DNA of 64,000 bases, taken from assembly GCA_963771075.1 (NCBI GenBank), contig CAVYSE010000018.1:96001-160000 (forward strand). The letters are read 5' to 3'. Shown piece after piece: positions 42,387-53,250 of this stretch. Source of the stretch: a candidate division FCPU426 bacterium. Its GTDB lineage: Bacteria; Oederibacteriota; Muellerivitia; Muellerivitales; Muellerivitaceae. A model generated the notes under the pieces. The model saw nothing but the letters and a program-made list of their open reading frames with translations, was not told the origin of the DNA and made no database searches. Every line of letters begins with the position of its first letter. Within the stretch, counting starts at the first letter, position 1. The position numbers and the translations under genes were made by a program.

Positions 42387-43387
42387 CAGGATTGAATATC
42401 GATTTTGGCAACCCCAACGCTTTGTTTCCGCTCTTAACAGTCCTTCTTTTGATGCTGGCTTGGGGAGCCTGGACCCTTTGGAAGGATCGCCGGGACCTGG
42501 ATTATTTGGGTGAGCAAAACCTGGTCTGGTCCCCGCTGAGGGTTTGGGCCCGCCGGGCCGTGAAGGGAACCTTGGCCTTGGTCGCGCTTGTCTTTTTGTT
42601 TTTGGGAGCCGCCCAGCTTCAGGGCAAACCGGTTCCCGAAGAACTGAATATGAGCGGTGTGGACGTCATGATCGTACTGGATGTCTCGAAAAGCATGTTG
42701 TCCCAAGACATCCTTCCGAACCGGCTCACGGCCGCCAAGCGGGCACTTTTCAATTGGATTTCCAACCGGCAGGGGGACCGGGTAGGCCTAGTCATCTTCG
42801 CCGGGGAATCCCTGGTTCAAGTGCCGCTGACCATGGATTTAAACGCCGTCCAGTTGGTCTTGGTCAAGGCGGATCCGGACGAGGTGGACAGGGGAGGAAC
42901 GGATATTGGCGAGGGAATCCAGACCGCCCTGGATTCACTGGATAAAGAGGAAGATAAAAAAAGAGGGAAGGCCATTCTGCTGATGACCGACGGGGAGATA
43001 ACGGAGGGTTCTGCCATCCTACCGAAGGTTCTTGAGCGGGCTGCGCAAATGAAGGTTCCAATCGTAACGGTAGGCATGGGCACCCCCCAGGGAAGGCCGA
43101 TCCCGGACGGAACGGCCTTTTGGGGCGAGATGACTTATAAGAGAGACGCTGGAGGGTCGGTTCACATCAGTCGGCTGGATGAGACGACGCTTCGCCATAT
43201 TGCCGACTCGACCTGGGGTGAATATATCCCGGGCGATACCGAACAGAACCTCAAGTCGATCAATTCGACGCTGGATAAGCTTCAAAAAACACTGATGAAG
43301 GGCGAGGGCGGCATGAAGAGGGAAGAACTTTCCCCCCGGATGGCCCTGGGGGCCGCCTTTTCGCTTTTCCTGGCTTCGGTGTTATGA
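42383..43387 (+). CDS. BatB-like vWA-domain membrane protein
   Basis: LDVSKSM, DRVGLVIFAG, GTDIG and MTDGE motifs; ATGA overlap. Confidence 0.9.
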   Translation: MTGLNIDFGNPNALFPLLTVLLLMLAWGAWTLWKDRRDLDYLGEQNLVWSPLRVWARRAVKGTLALVALVFLFLGAAQLQGKPVPEELNMSGVDVMIVLDVSKSMLSQDILPNRLTAAKRALFNWISNRQGDRVGLVIFAGESLVQVPLTMDLNAVQLVLVKADPDEVDRGGTDIGEGIQTALDSLDKEEDKKRGKAILLMTDGEITEGSAILPKVLERAAQMKVPIVTVGMGTPQGRPIPDGTAFWGEMTYKRDAGGSVHISRLDETTLRHIADSTWGEYIPGDTEQNLKSINSTLDKLQKTLMKGEGGMKREELSPRMALGAAFSLFLASVL

Positions 43388-44463
43388 AGATGGGCATGGA
43401 ACCTATGGAAACAAATCAAAATCCAACGCAAAACCACAAAGAGCCAACGAAAGGCGTAATCTTTTTGGGGAAACCAAACACGAATAAAACCCGATTGCTA
43501 TGCCCGGAAAAATCACTATTTTCCCAGTGGCTTGCAGTTTTATTGCTGGCGATTTTGCCGGGGATGAGCCATGCCTTCAGCCTATCGCCGGGCCGGGACG
43601 CCTATGAGGGCAAGGACTACCTGCAGGCCGAAAAGATTTTCGGGGAAGAGGCCCAGAAGAATAAAAATGATTGGGCCGCCGCCTATGGATGGGGAAACGC
43701 CTTGTACCAGGAAGGGAAATATTCAGAGGCCCAAAAGGCATATGAACAGTCCTTGGAGCATAAACCTGACATGGAATCGGGCTGGTACAACCTGGGCAAC
43801 AGCTATTTTCAGCAACAAAGGTATAAAGACGCCATTGAGGCATACAAAAAGACTCTTCAGCTGGACCCTAAAGACAGCGACGCAAAACATAACCTGGAAT
43901 TGGCGGAAAAACTGATGAAGGAGAGTCCCAAATCGGACAAGAGCGACGAAAAACGCAAGGAAGAACAACAAACTCCCAGCCCGACCCCCACCCAACCTCC
44001 AGGCCAACAAAACAACCAGCAGGGCGGGAAGTCCGATCAACAGCAAAACGACTCAAACTCAAAGAATCCAAACAATTCCCAAAACCCTTCAAATCAAAAG
44101 AACCAAAATCAAAATCAGGGGCAACAGCAAAAGCCGGCCGCTTCCAAACAACAACAAAACCAACAGCAGGCCGAACAACAACGCCAGCAGCAGGCTGCCC
44201 AACAACGCCAGGCGGACCAGCAAAGGGCCGAGGAGGCGAAGAAACAGATGGGCATGTCTGATGAGCAGGTGAAGCAGTTGATGTCCCAGCTTCAAAATCG
44301 GGAAGCCCAGGCCCAGCGTTTTTATTCGCCCCATCCGGACCGGGACAGCAAAAAAGCGCAGGATAACTTCTGGAATTTTCTTCCCAGGGAAAATAGCGAG
44401 TTCATGAAGCGTTTTTTTGGACAGCCATCCAACGATAAAAACCAGCCTGCGGAGGATTGGTGA
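43384..44463 (+). CDS. BatC-like TPR protein with a Gln/Asn-rich tail
   Basis: YNLGNSYF...AIEAYKKTL...DAKHNLE; ends EDW. Confidence 0.85.
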   Translation: MKMGMEPMETNQNPTQNHKEPTKGVIFLGKPNTNKTRLLCPEKSLFSQWLAVLLLAILPGMSHAFSLSPGRDAYEGKDYLQAEKIFGEEAQKNKNDWAAAYGWGNALYQEGKYSEAQKAYEQSLEHKPDMESGWYNLGNSYFQQQRYKDAIEAYKKTLQLDPKDSDAKHNLELAEKLMKESPKSDKSDEKRKEEQQTPSPTPTQPPGQQNNQQGGKSDQQQNDSNSKNPNNSQNPSNQKNQNQNQGQQQKPAASKQQQNQQQAEQQRQQQAAQQRQADQQRAEEAKKQMGMSDEQVKQLMSQLQNREAQAQRFYSPHPDRDSKKAQDNFWNFLPRENSEFMKRFFGQPSNDKNQPAEDW

Positions 44464-44564
44464 GCCGGTGGCCATTTTGCCTGCCGTTCGGGTTAGAATA
44501 CGCGGGCTCGAGGGGCTGGCGGCATTGACGAAAGCGGAAGTCAAGAACATAAGGAAGGGAAAGC

Positions 44565-45560
44565 ATGAAACCGATTGAAACGAGAAAAAACAGGCCTTGG
44601 ACCCTCTGGGTCCTGGCCTTTCTACTGGCCGCTCCCCTGGCATCCCAAACGAATAACAGCGGGGAAGAAGTGGGCCTGCGAATGGACGTGGATAAAAGGC
44701 AGGTGGAGGTGGGCGATACACTTTCCCTCACGATCGAATTCAAGCAATTGATGGTGGGAGGAAGCAATGTATCCGCCCAGCCTAATTTCCCGACCCCGGA
44801 GCTTTTTCAGGAAGGCAGTAGCTTTAATTCCACGCAAGTCACCATCGTGAACCAAAAGACGGCCCAGACGACCACGACCCACATGAACCTGGTGGCGGTT
44901 AAACCCGGAAGCGAAACCTTGGGGCCCGCCAGCGTCATTTTTCAGGACCCTTCCGGGAAAAGGCAGGAGATCCGATCCAATGTGATCAACGTGACGGTCA
45001 CCGAAAAAAAGCCGTTTTCCCTTTTTGGAGGGTCCAAACCGACTTCCCTGCCGGCGGTGAACCCGGCTCCGGCCCAGGCTCCCGCGGATGAGGGCTTAAG
45101 GGACCTGAAACCATTGTTGCCGGATCCCATCCTCTTCTTGTTGAAGCTGTTAATTTGGATCGCCATTCTCGTCTTAGTTGGAGTCTTGGTTTGGAGGATC
45201 ACGAAACCCAAAAAATCCGCCGTTAAAGGTCCCCCCCCCATCGGGGAGGAAAAGCGCTTGAGGGATATCTGGAAAAAACTTTCCGACGAGGACCTTTCCG
45301 CGGAGATTTTCTGCCGGTCCCTGTCTTCCCTGGTCCGCGAGTGCCTCCAATACCATTTTGAGTTCGACGCGGTGGATCTTACGACAGAGGAAATATTCCG
45401 GGAATTGAAGAAACATGAATTAACCTCCAAGGAGATGGAGGCCGTTGAAAAGTGCCTGAAGGCCTGCGACCGGGTGCTTTACGCCGATGGGAACCTGACG
45501 GGAAGGGACGCCCTGCGTGCCCTTGCCTCGAACCTGCTGCCGAAGGTGTCAAACAATTGA
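44565..45560 (+). CDS. BatD-like protein
   Basis: Signal peptide, VDKRQVEVGD Ig-like domain, TM helix, LTTEEI. Confidence 0.75.
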   Translation: MKPIETRKNRPWTLWVLAFLLAAPLASQTNNSGEEVGLRMDVDKRQVEVGDTLSLTIEFKQLMVGGSNVSAQPNFPTPELFQEGSSFNSTQVTIVNQKTAQTTTTHMNLVAVKPGSETLGPASVIFQDPSGKRQEIRSNVINVTVTEKKPFSLFGGSKPTSLPAVNPAPAQAPADEGLRDLKPLLPDPILFLLKLLIWIAILVLVGVLVWRITKPKKSAVKGPPPIGEEKRLRDIWKKLSDEDLSAEIFCRSLSSLVRECLQYHFEFDAVDLTTEEIFRELKKHELTSKEMEAVEKCLKACDRVLYADGNLTGRDALRALASNLLPKVSNN

Positions 45561-46000
45561 ACCGCGAAGACGCGAAGGTAAACCCGGTAAAGAAATTCGG
45601 GAAAGATGATATATCGATCGAGAAGAATGATATCGCCAGAACGGTTGTTGACGCAGCTTTCGCGGTGCATCGGGAAATGGGCCCCGGATTGTTGGAAAGT
45701 ATTTACGAGTCATGCTTGGTTAAAGAGCTGCAAAAACGGAATGTTGGATTCGAACGGCAAAAATGTATTCCAATTCACTATGCCGGTGAATTATTAGATG
45801 AAAAGTTTCGATTGGATTTGTTGGTTGAAGAAAAAATAATTGTTGAAATAAAAGCTGTAGAAGAACTATTGCCTATTCATGAGGCGCAGGTTTTGACTTA
45901 TCTCAAACTTATAGGGTGCGAGATTGGTTTTTTAATCAATTTTAACGTCCGTTTCATCAAGGATGGCATCCGGCGGATTGTTTTGTCAAAAAAACACTAA
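45557..46000 (+). CDS. GxxExxY-family (PDDEXK_3) putative nuclease
   Basis: MGPGLLESIY, RLDLLVE...IVEIKA, QVLTYLK and GFLINF motifs; probable TTG start overlaps the upstream TGA. Confidence 0.9.
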   Translation: MNREDAKVNPVKKFGKDDISIEKNDIARTVVDAAFAVHREMGPGLLESIYESCLVKELQKRNVGFERQKCIPIHYAGELLDEKFRLDLLVEEKIIVEIKAVEELLPIHEAQVLTYLKLIGCEIGFLINFNVRFIKDGIRRIVLSKKH

Positions 46001-46025
46001 AAGACGTTCTTCGCGTCTTCGCGGT
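45561..46025. mobile_element. Octamer-IR cassette 7, carrying an intact GxxExxY gene
   Basis: Perfect 17-bp IR ACCGCGAAGACGCGAAG (45561-45577) / CTTCGCGTCTTCGCGGT (46009-46025). Confidence 0.78.
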
Positions 46026-46052
46026 GAAAATCTCGACTTAAGGGAGCAAGAA

Positions 46053-47042
46053 ATGCCTACGCAAAATGAAGAATTAACTCAAGAAGGCCAGCGCCTCAGC
46101 GAACAGTTTCTGAAAGCGAAGGATGAGGTGCAAAAGGTTATTGTGGGCCAGGGCGATTTGATCGATCGTCTCCTTTTGGGACTGCTGACCCGCGGGCACC
46201 TGCTCTTGGAGGGCTTGCCGGGACTGGCGAAGACCCTTGCGGTAAAGACGCTTGCGGAGGCATTGGGCGTCAGTTTCAGCCGAATCCAGTTTACCCCCGA
46301 CCTTTTGCCCGCCGACCTGCTGGGAACCAGGATATATAACCCTGGCAAGGGTGACTTCAAAACCCAGAAGGGCCCCGTTTTTGCCAACCTGGTGTTGGCC
46401 GATGAGATCAACCGGGCCCCCGCGAAGGTGCAGTCCGCCCTACTGGAAGCCATGCAGGAACACCAGGTCACCATTGGGCCCGATACATTCAAGTTGGAGG
46501 AGCCCTTTTTTGTCATGGCGACCCAGAACCCGATCGAACATGAGGGCACCTACCCCCTTCCGGAGGCCCAGGTGGACCGCTTTTTGATGAAGATTTTCGT
46601 GGGGTATCCCAGCTTCGAGGAGGAAAAGCAAATTATCGATCGGATGACCCAGGGACAAAGTATAAAGACCTCAGAGATACTTTCCGCCCAGGCCATTCTC
46701 AAGGCCCAGCGCCAGGTAGACGGCATCTACGTGGGGGAAGCCTTGAAGGATTACATCGTTCACCTGGTGTCAGCCACCCGGCGGCCGAAAGATTACCAAT
46801 TGGCTTCCCTCCAACCCCTTATCGAGTACGGGGCCAGCCCCCGCGCCTCGATGGGCTTGACGGTCGCGGCGAAAGCCAGGGCCTTTTTGAACGGCCGGGG
46901 CTATGCCACGCCCGATGACGTGAAGGCACTGGCGGGTAACGTTATCCGCCACCGCTTGATCCTTACCTATGAGGCTGAAGCGCAAAACTTGACCACCGAC
47001 CAGGTCATCTCGCAAATCCTCGCCAAAGTACCTGTGCCGTGA
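46053..47042 (+). CDS. MoxR-family AAA+ ATPase
   Basis: EGLPGLAKT, RIQFTPDLLPAD, DEINRAP and ATQNPIE motifs. Confidence 0.96.
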   Translation: MPTQNEELTQEGQRLSEQFLKAKDEVQKVIVGQGDLIDRLLLGLLTRGHLLLEGLPGLAKTLAVKTLAEALGVSFSRIQFTPDLLPADLLGTRIYNPGKGDFKTQKGPVFANLVLADEINRAPAKVQSALLEAMQEHQVTIGPDTFKLEEPFFVMATQNPIEHEGTYPLPEAQVDRFLMKIFVGYPSFEEEKQIIDRMTQGQSIKTSEILSAQAILKAQRQVDGIYVGEALKDYIVHLVSATRRPKDYQLASLQPLIEYGASPRASMGLTVAAKARAFLNGRGYATPDDVKALAGNVIRHRLILTYEAEAQNLTTDQVISQILAKVPVP

Positions 47043-48043
47043 GCTTCCAGGCCCGAAACTCCAAAAGCGGTCTCTCGGGGAGAGGAGGTTATGGGGCCAT
47101 TGTTTTAATCCTATTGGGGTTAGGGTTCGGGGCGGGATGCGGTCAAAAACCACATTACACCGCGCTCTCCCTTCCACTGCCTCCTACCGAAGATTCGGGG
47201 GTGCAAAACGGGGAATATATTCAAACCCAATACGGTTTCGCTTTCCCGGTCCCCCCCAAATGGATGTCCCTGGGCCTTTCGGAGGAACAGGAAATGGATG
47301 TAGTCGCCTGTTTTGCCGATCCTACCAAAACACTCGTGACCCGGTTTTCGGTCCAACTCGTTCCTTCGGACCAGACTTTTTCCCCCAAGGACTGGTCCGC
47401 CTCGGTCGAGAAAGATCTAAAGGCGAAACAATTCCAAATCGAGACGAAAGACTCCCGGGAGGAATGGAAAACGGCGGGCAGTGAAAGGTGGATCTCCCAG
47501 GCCTTTCATGTATTGGACGTGAGGCAAAAAGAATGGTTGGATAACGAATGGGTACTCAATCGGGGCGACCTGCTTTTGCAGGTACATGCCACCCTGCCCG
47601 AAGAGAAGGCCTCGGCGGATGAGGGAAAAAAATTATTGAAGGCCCTGGAAGGGGCGCTTACCCGTATCCATTGGTACATGCCCATCGGACCCAGGGGAAT
47701 ATCACCCGAACGGTACGAGTTGCAGGCCTTTACGGAAGGTTTTCAACTGGCATTGGAATCGGGCTCCCTGCCAAAGACCTATCTCTTTTTTGACGACCTT
47801 TACCCGGGCCGGGCCGAATGGGCATCCTGGTACCAGCAAGCCTTGGGAGGCAAGGATCCGAAGTCCCTGAACTTGAAGGCGGCTTTGGAGGGACTTGTGA
47901 TCAACGGGGAAAACGCAACCGCTTCTTTTTCACTATCCATGAACAATCCCGCGGCGGGAAAACCGGTAAAGTTGGAGAGAAGTTTCAAGCTTTCGAAGAA
48001 GGAACGAAGCTGGAAGATCACGGAACCGGTGGGGAAAAAATAA
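47039..48043 (+). CDS. Hypothetical lipoprotein
   Basis: Hydrophobic stretch ending GAGC; GTGA overlap with moxR. Confidence 0.65.
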   Translation: MSFQARNSKSGLSGRGGYGAIVLILLGLGFGAGCGQKPHYTALSLPLPPTEDSGVQNGEYIQTQYGFAFPVPPKWMSLGLSEEQEMDVVACFADPTKTLVTRFSVQLVPSDQTFSPKDWSASVEKDLKAKQFQIETKDSREEWKTAGSERWISQAFHVLDVRQKEWLDNEWVLNRGDLLLQVHATLPEEKASADEGKKLLKALEGALTRIHWYMPIGPRGISPERYELQAFTEGFQLALESGSLPKTYLFFDDLYPGRAEWASWYQQALGGKDPKSLNLKAALEGLVINGENATASFSLSMNNPAAGKPVKLERSFKLSKKERSWKITEPVGKK

Positions 48044-48325
48044 GGGGACATCTAAAAATTCACACGGAGAAACACGGGCATTTCAATTAACCTTATAGTG
48101 AATGAAGCATGGTTCTGTTTTCTTTGGTCCTTTGGGAGGAAGAACCTGAGACAGGATTTTTAGTTGATTTTGACAACCTCAAAGGCAATTATTCGGGATG
48201 CCCTTAAATAACCCTTGTTATAGGCCTCTAATTCGATTTGAAGGTTAAACCACCCAGCGTTAAACTTTCTTTAAAATGTTCCAATTGAGGAGAGTTTTTT
48301 GGGCCATCAATTTTTATCGAATCGG

Positions 48326-51300
48326 ATGGGCAAAAAAAACTATTCCTTATTTATTTCCGCCCTGTTGGCGATACCCCTCTCTTTTTTTCCAAGCGACCTT
48401 CATTCCCAAACCTATATCGGTAACCAGAGCGTCGTGGACAGCACTTATTTTAATGGTGTTCAATCCTCCCTGTTGCCAGCGATTTCCTACCGCTTTACGA
48501 TTCCCGGAACCAACACGCTTCCGGTGACCGCGATCTATTTGAACGCGGCTTCCAACTATACAAGTGCTTCTTCCTCGGGTAATTATGTCATCAGCGTACA
48601 AAACGATTCCTCCGGGTTTCCCGGAGCGACCACGATCGTGGGTCCGGTGACGGTCACTTTTCCGCCGAGCGGTGGTCCCGTTTCATTTGATTGGTATGAA
48701 ATAGATGTTCCTCAAGCATCCGTCTCCGGCGGAACGGTTTACCAATTGGTGGTTGACGGGTCGGGCATTACAACGAATAAATTCATGGATTTCACATCGG
48801 GTTCGCTTCCGGACCTTAAGATCATACCCTTGAATCAGGTCCCGGACCCCAATTGCGACTCCGTGACATTCAGCGGAAGTGTTTGGAATTCCCAAGCGGA
48901 AATGCCTGTTTTTGTTCTCCAATTTAACAGTAACGCCACCCCCGATTTTGGAAACCCCTATGACAATTACGATCCCGCGAATTACGCGGATGCTACCGAC
49001 TCGACGGGTCAAGTTTTTAATACGGGAGGCTCGAATTTATTTGTGGACCGGTTAGGGGTATATGCCAATCGCTTGACGAACCCGGCGGATAATCTTTATG
49101 GTTCCGTTTACGACCTCACAGCCCATGTGACGGTGGGAGCCGTCACGATATTGGAGTCAAACGTGAATACCTTCAACGCGTGGGCGGAGGCAAATTTCAG
49201 CCCCCCCCTTTCCCTCAATGGCGCACACAATTACGAGGTGTTGCTTACGTCTCCCGGGTCCGCCTCCGCCACCGATTTTTATTATTTCCCGGCGCCTTTT
49301 CACGGAGGTACTTTTGACGACCTGACCTATGGAAGCACCCAGTCTTATGCCGAGTACAACTCTAACTATCCGACTCCTATCATGACCCCTGAGCCCTTCG
49401 AGGACCTGGGGTTCAGGTTCAGAGTGTTTATGACATTGACTCCCTCGGTTACTCCAACGCTAACCCCAACCCCGACTTTAACATCAACTTCGACTCCTAC
49501 AACCACGCCTACCGTAACGGCAACCCCCACCGTGACTTACGCCCCCTTTAACGGTTCCATCTTCTATTTCACGAATGGTGATTCCACCAACCCGGGGCCT
49601 CCGGTCCAGGTCTTCAGCAATTCGGCCCCGGCTTCCCTCGTGACCGTTAATATTTCCTCGGCGGGCAACAGTACCGCCTCCCCGTTGGGCGCTTGGGTCT
49701 CGGAGCCGCTTAATGGGCCGACCATCCCCGCCGGAAATTGGGATTTCGCCTTATATGGGTACGCGGATACCGCCGGTGCTAACGTTTATTACGACGTGAA
49801 AGTTTATGATTATTCTCTTTCCGGGCCCACCACCACCCTTTTATTTGAAAGTGTATCCCCCATCCAAATTTCCACTTCTCCCAACACTTTGGTGGAATGG
49901 TTTGCCAGCCAACCAAGCTATACCTTGGGCGTGCGGGACAAGATCTTTGTGCAGGTTTCGGTCAATAATACCTCCGCCACCACCTCGAACGCTTTTTTCC
50001 AATATGGGGGTAACCCCGATTATTCGCGTATCACGGCACCGGGGTATGGCACGGGCGCCGCGGACAAGTTTGGAAATCGGTCGATCATCGGGGGACCTGT
50101 AACCTTCGGGCTGGATGCGAACGCTAAACGGGTCGGGATGCGGTTCACGGCGAATACCACCGGCTCCATTTCGGCGGTTCAGGTCTATATGTACAGTTTG
50201 TTGGGAGTTCCGGGTTATAAGGTCTCCCTCCAGGGGGACTCCGCTGGCATTCCCGACGGATACCTGACATCCCCCACCAGTTTCACCCCGATTTCGGGAT
50301 GGAACAATATCAGCCTTTCTACCTCCGTCCCCGTCACGGCGGGGGGAACTTATAACCTGGTAGTGGAATGGGATGGCCTATCCGTTCTTTCCTCGAACAA
50401 CGCGATCCTTTTGAGCGGAACCTCCCCGGATCATGGATATATCCCCGTAAGCCAAACCTTTAGCGGGGTTTTGGGAACCGTGCAGGACATGGGCTTGGGC
50501 GGGGGGTGGAGTCCCTTGAGCGTCATGCCGGTTTTCCTGGTTGATTTAAACGGCGCATGGTTTGGGAACCCCTTGGTAAACTCGGGCGGCAGTAGCATCG
50601 TGGGGACCAATTACCTAGCCCAACGGTTCAGGGTATTAAGTACGCCCCTGACCATCGCCTCGGTGGCGGCTTTTGTCCAAGAAGTAGGGGGCACCCCGCC
50701 ATTGGACAGTTTGTACTGGGAAATACGGGACACTACCACCAATACCGTTCAACCCGGCGGATCCGGAACCTTGGCGACCAATAACCAAGTCACCACGACA
50801 GCCAATTGGATCGGCGGGGCGATACCCACCCTGATCCTCGCGCCCGGAACCTATCGGTTAGTTCTCAAGAGCCCCCAGTCCTCAGGCGGGAACTATTATT
50901 TTTGGCCGGCCCAGGGCCCTATGTCGACTGTCTCTCCTTATACCGATACAACCTATGATGGGGTCAATTCCTACTCTGAAATTTCCAGCGATGGAGGAAA
51001 CACCTTCGGCACTATCTCGCCTTCGCTCAATTACGATTTCGGTTTTGATTTCGTTCCCGGAACCAGCACCCTGGCTACTTACACTCCGAGCGTGACTCCC
51101 ACAAGCACCGCCACCCAAACGCCCTCGATTACCAGCACCCCGACGCCGACCCTCACCAATACCATTACGCTCAGCCCCACCATTACGAATACCTTCACGA
51201 TCACTCCGACCCTGTCCAATACGACCACGCTCACGCCGACCATTACCCTTTCTCCCACCATCACCCTGTCGCCGACTGTTACTTTGACACCGACAATAAC

Positions 51301-52129
51301 GCTGACTCGGACGATTACGAATACTTACACCAATACCATCACTCTCACACCCACGATTACGCTCACTCGGACGATAACAAATACCTATACCCCCACCCCT
51401 ACCCTGACCCCGACCATTACGAGCACCCTTTCACTCACGCCGACGATTACCACCACTTTTACGCTCACCCCGACGGTCACGAATACATTCACCCACACTC
51501 CATCGCTTACGCCAACCGTAACAAATACCGAAACTTACACGATAACGCTTACCCCAACCGTCACAACCACCTTTACGAGTACCATCACACTTACTCCCAC
51601 CGTGACGAATACCATTACCAGTACCATCACTCCTACTCCAACCAATACCAGCTCAATGACCATTACCCCCACCCTTACGAATACCCCGACTGAATCCTTC
51701 ACCCCAACCTTGACGAGTACCTCCACCCAAACAGCCACCCTTACCTTTAGCCCCACCGTCACCCACTCCCCGACCATCACGAACACGCCGACCCTAACGC
51801 TTTCTCCGACCCCAACAGGAAGTCCCACCAATACACCAACTCCGAATATGGCGATGTACCTGTCGGATAATTATTTCAACCCGGCGGCGGGCGCAACCCT
51901 GGGGATCGACGTTCTCATTACGCAAAGCGGGGAAGTGAAGATCATGGTTTATAACCTGTTGGGAGAAGAGGTGGTCAAGCTGGTAGACCAGAATCTCAAT
52001 GTAGGAAGTTACCATTTCACCTGGGACGGGCGTAATCGTTCGCAAGATCTGGTTGGGAATGGTGTTTATTTGGTGCTAATAGAACAGGCTTCCGGGAATT
52101 TCATCCGAAAAGTCATCGTCTTGAAATAA
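48326..52129 (+). CDS. Large secreted protein with repeated beta-domains, Thr/Pro stalk and FlgD-like C-terminal sorting domain
   Basis: Signal peptide; two related modules (MPVF...FGNP...TYxxxxSYxE); TP repeats at about 51070-51845; ends WDGRNRSQDLVGNGVY...RKVIVLK. Confidence 0.85.
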   Translation: MGKKNYSLFISALLAIPLSFFPSDLHSQTYIGNQSVVDSTYFNGVQSSLLPAISYRFTIPGTNTLPVTAIYLNAASNYTSASSSGNYVISVQNDSSGFPGATTIVGPVTVTFPPSGGPVSFDWYEIDVPQASVSGGTVYQLVVDGSGITTNKFMDFTSGSLPDLKIIPLNQVPDPNCDSVTFSGSVWNSQAEMPVFVLQFNSNATPDFGNPYDNYDPANYADATDSTGQVFNTGGSNLFVDRLGVYANRLTNPADNLYGSVYDLTAHVTVGAVTILESNVNTFNAWAEANFSPPLSLNGAHNYEVLLTSPGSASATDFYYFPAPFHGGTFDDLTYGSTQSYAEYNSNYPTPIMTPEPFEDLGFRFRVFMTLTPSVTPTLTPTPTLTSTSTPTTTPTVTATPTVTYAPFNGSIFYFTNGDSTNPGPPVQVFSNSAPASLVTVNISSAGNSTASPLGAWVSEPLNGPTIPAGNWDFALYGYADTAGANVYYDVKVYDYSLSGPTTTLLFESVSPIQISTSPNTLVEWFASQPSYTLGVRDKIFVQVSVNNTSATTSNAFFQYGGNPDYSRITAPGYGTGAADKFGNRSIIGGPVTFGLDANAKRVGMRFTANTTGSISAVQVYMYSLLGVPGYKVSLQGDSAGIPDGYLTSPTSFTPISGWNNISLSTSVPVTAGGTYNLVVEWDGLSVLSSNNAILLSGTSPDHGYIPVSQTFSGVLGTVQDMGLGGGWSPLSVMPVFLVDLNGAWFGNPLVNSGGSSIVGTNYLAQRFRVLSTPLTIASVAAFVQEVGGTPPLDSLYWEIRDTTTNTVQPGGSGTLATNNQVTTTANWIGGAIPTLILAPGTYRLVLKSPQSSGGNYYFWPAQGPMSTVSPYTDTTYDGVNSYSEISSDGGNTFGTISPSLNYDFGFDFVPGTSTLATYTPSVTPTSTATQTPSITSTPTPTLTNTITLSPTITNTFTITPTLSNTTTLTPTITLSPTITLSPTVTLTPTITLTRTITNTYTNTITLTPTITLTRTITNTYTPTPTLTPTITSTLSLTPTITTTFTLTPTVTNTFTHTPSLTPTVTNTETYTITLTPTVTTTFTSTITLTPTVTNTITSTITPTPTNTSSMTITPTLTNTPTESFTPTLTSTSTQTATLTFSPTVTHSPTITNTPTLTLSPTPTGSPTNTPTPNMAMYLSDNYFNPAAGATLGIDVLITQSGEVKIMVYNLLGEEVVKLVDQNLNVGSYHFTWDGRNRSQDLVGNGVYLVLIEQASGNFIRKVIVLK

Positions 52130-52229
52130 TGCCGGGTTTGAAGACCCATTTCAGGGTTTTTCTTTTTCAGGGTTCCATCCTGCTCCAATGGCTATAATCC
52201 TTTTAATTTCCATCGTGTCAGGGGGTTTT

Positions 52230-53102
52230 ATGCGCAGTATGACGGGTTTTGGCCGGGGTACAGGGCAGGGCAAGACGGTACAGGTAGTGGCAGAGATCAA
52301 GACCGTAAATCACAAATACCATGACCTTTCCTTGAAGGTGCCCCTCTCCTATCAATTTCTCGAACCCGAAATGAGGGAACTTATCCTTGCCTCCGTGACC
52401 CGCGGTAAGGTTGATTTTTTCCTGAAAGACTTGTCTCCCAACCGTTCCCGAACGGTTGAGGTCAATGAACCCCTTTTAACCCAATATCTTCAGGCGGCCC
52501 AGAAGGCGGCCAAAAAACATAAATTGAAGGGGGACCTTTCCGTGGAAGCCTTGCTGAGGCTGCCGGATGTCTTGAGCGTCACAGAATCAGACCGGCAGGA
52601 AGCCGACCAGAAGAAAGCGGCGTTGGAATCGGTCGGGGAAGCGCTGAAAGCTTTGGAAAAAATGAGACTCGCTGAAGGATCTAGACTGTCCAAGGATATT
52701 CTGGAAAGGGCCAAGGATATCTCCGCGACCATCCAATTGCTGCGGGCCCGGCATAAGATCCTTGTCGCGGATAAAATCAAGCTTTTCAAGGAAAAGATCG
52801 CTGAATTCCTTCCCGAACCCCTCGTGGATCAGACCCGGGTTGCAACCGAGGAAGCGGTTCTGCTTCAACGCTTTGACATCTCAGAGGAAATGACCCGTTT
52901 GGAAAGCCACTTGACCGCCCTGCAGGAAACGCTGAAGGAAAAAGGGAGTGTGGGGCGCAAATTGGATTTTCTAATCCAGGAAATGAACCGGGAAACTAAC
53001 ACCATCGGCTCCAAATCCGCCGACGCCAAAATGGCCCAGGGGGTCGTGCGGTTGAAGGAATTGTTGGAACAGATCCGGGAACAGATCCAAAACATCGAGT
53101 AG
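52230..53102 (+). CDS. yicC: YicC/YloC-family endoribonuclease
   Basis: MRSMTGFG, GRKLDFLIQEMNRETNTIGSK and EQIREQIQNIE motifs. Confidence 0.95.
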   Translation: MRSMTGFGRGTGQGKTVQVVAEIKTVNHKYHDLSLKVPLSYQFLEPEMRELILASVTRGKVDFFLKDLSPNRSRTVEVNEPLLTQYLQAAQKAAKKHKLKGDLSVEALLRLPDVLSVTESDRQEADQKKAALESVGEALKALEKMRLAEGSRLSKDILERAKDISATIQLLRARHKILVADKIKLFKEKIAEFLPEPLVDQTRVATEEAVLLQRFDISEEMTRLESHLTALQETLKEKGSVGRKLDFLIQEMNRETNTIGSKSADAKMAQGVVRLKELLEQIREQIQNIE

Positions 53103-53250
53103 AAGCTGCTTGCGCAGTTCATGAAAAATTGGGCCCAACAAACTTTTGGAAATGCGTTTGGGCTTTTTATCAAACTTTAATAAGGTCTTGTAATAATACG
53201 GAATAGAAAGTTTGGCTTTGTGAAATTTGTGTTCTTTGGGGTGAAGGTTC

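Noticed and set aside
43960..44260. Gln/Asn-rich low-complexity tract as a novel element
   Set aside because: A common feature of BatC-like TPR proteins
53226..53245. TTTGTGTTCTTTGGGGTGAA before gmk as a further right arm (similar weak hits near 48061, 43432 and 20150)
   Set aside because: Resembles the octamer arm but is degenerate with no convincing partner arm; not counted
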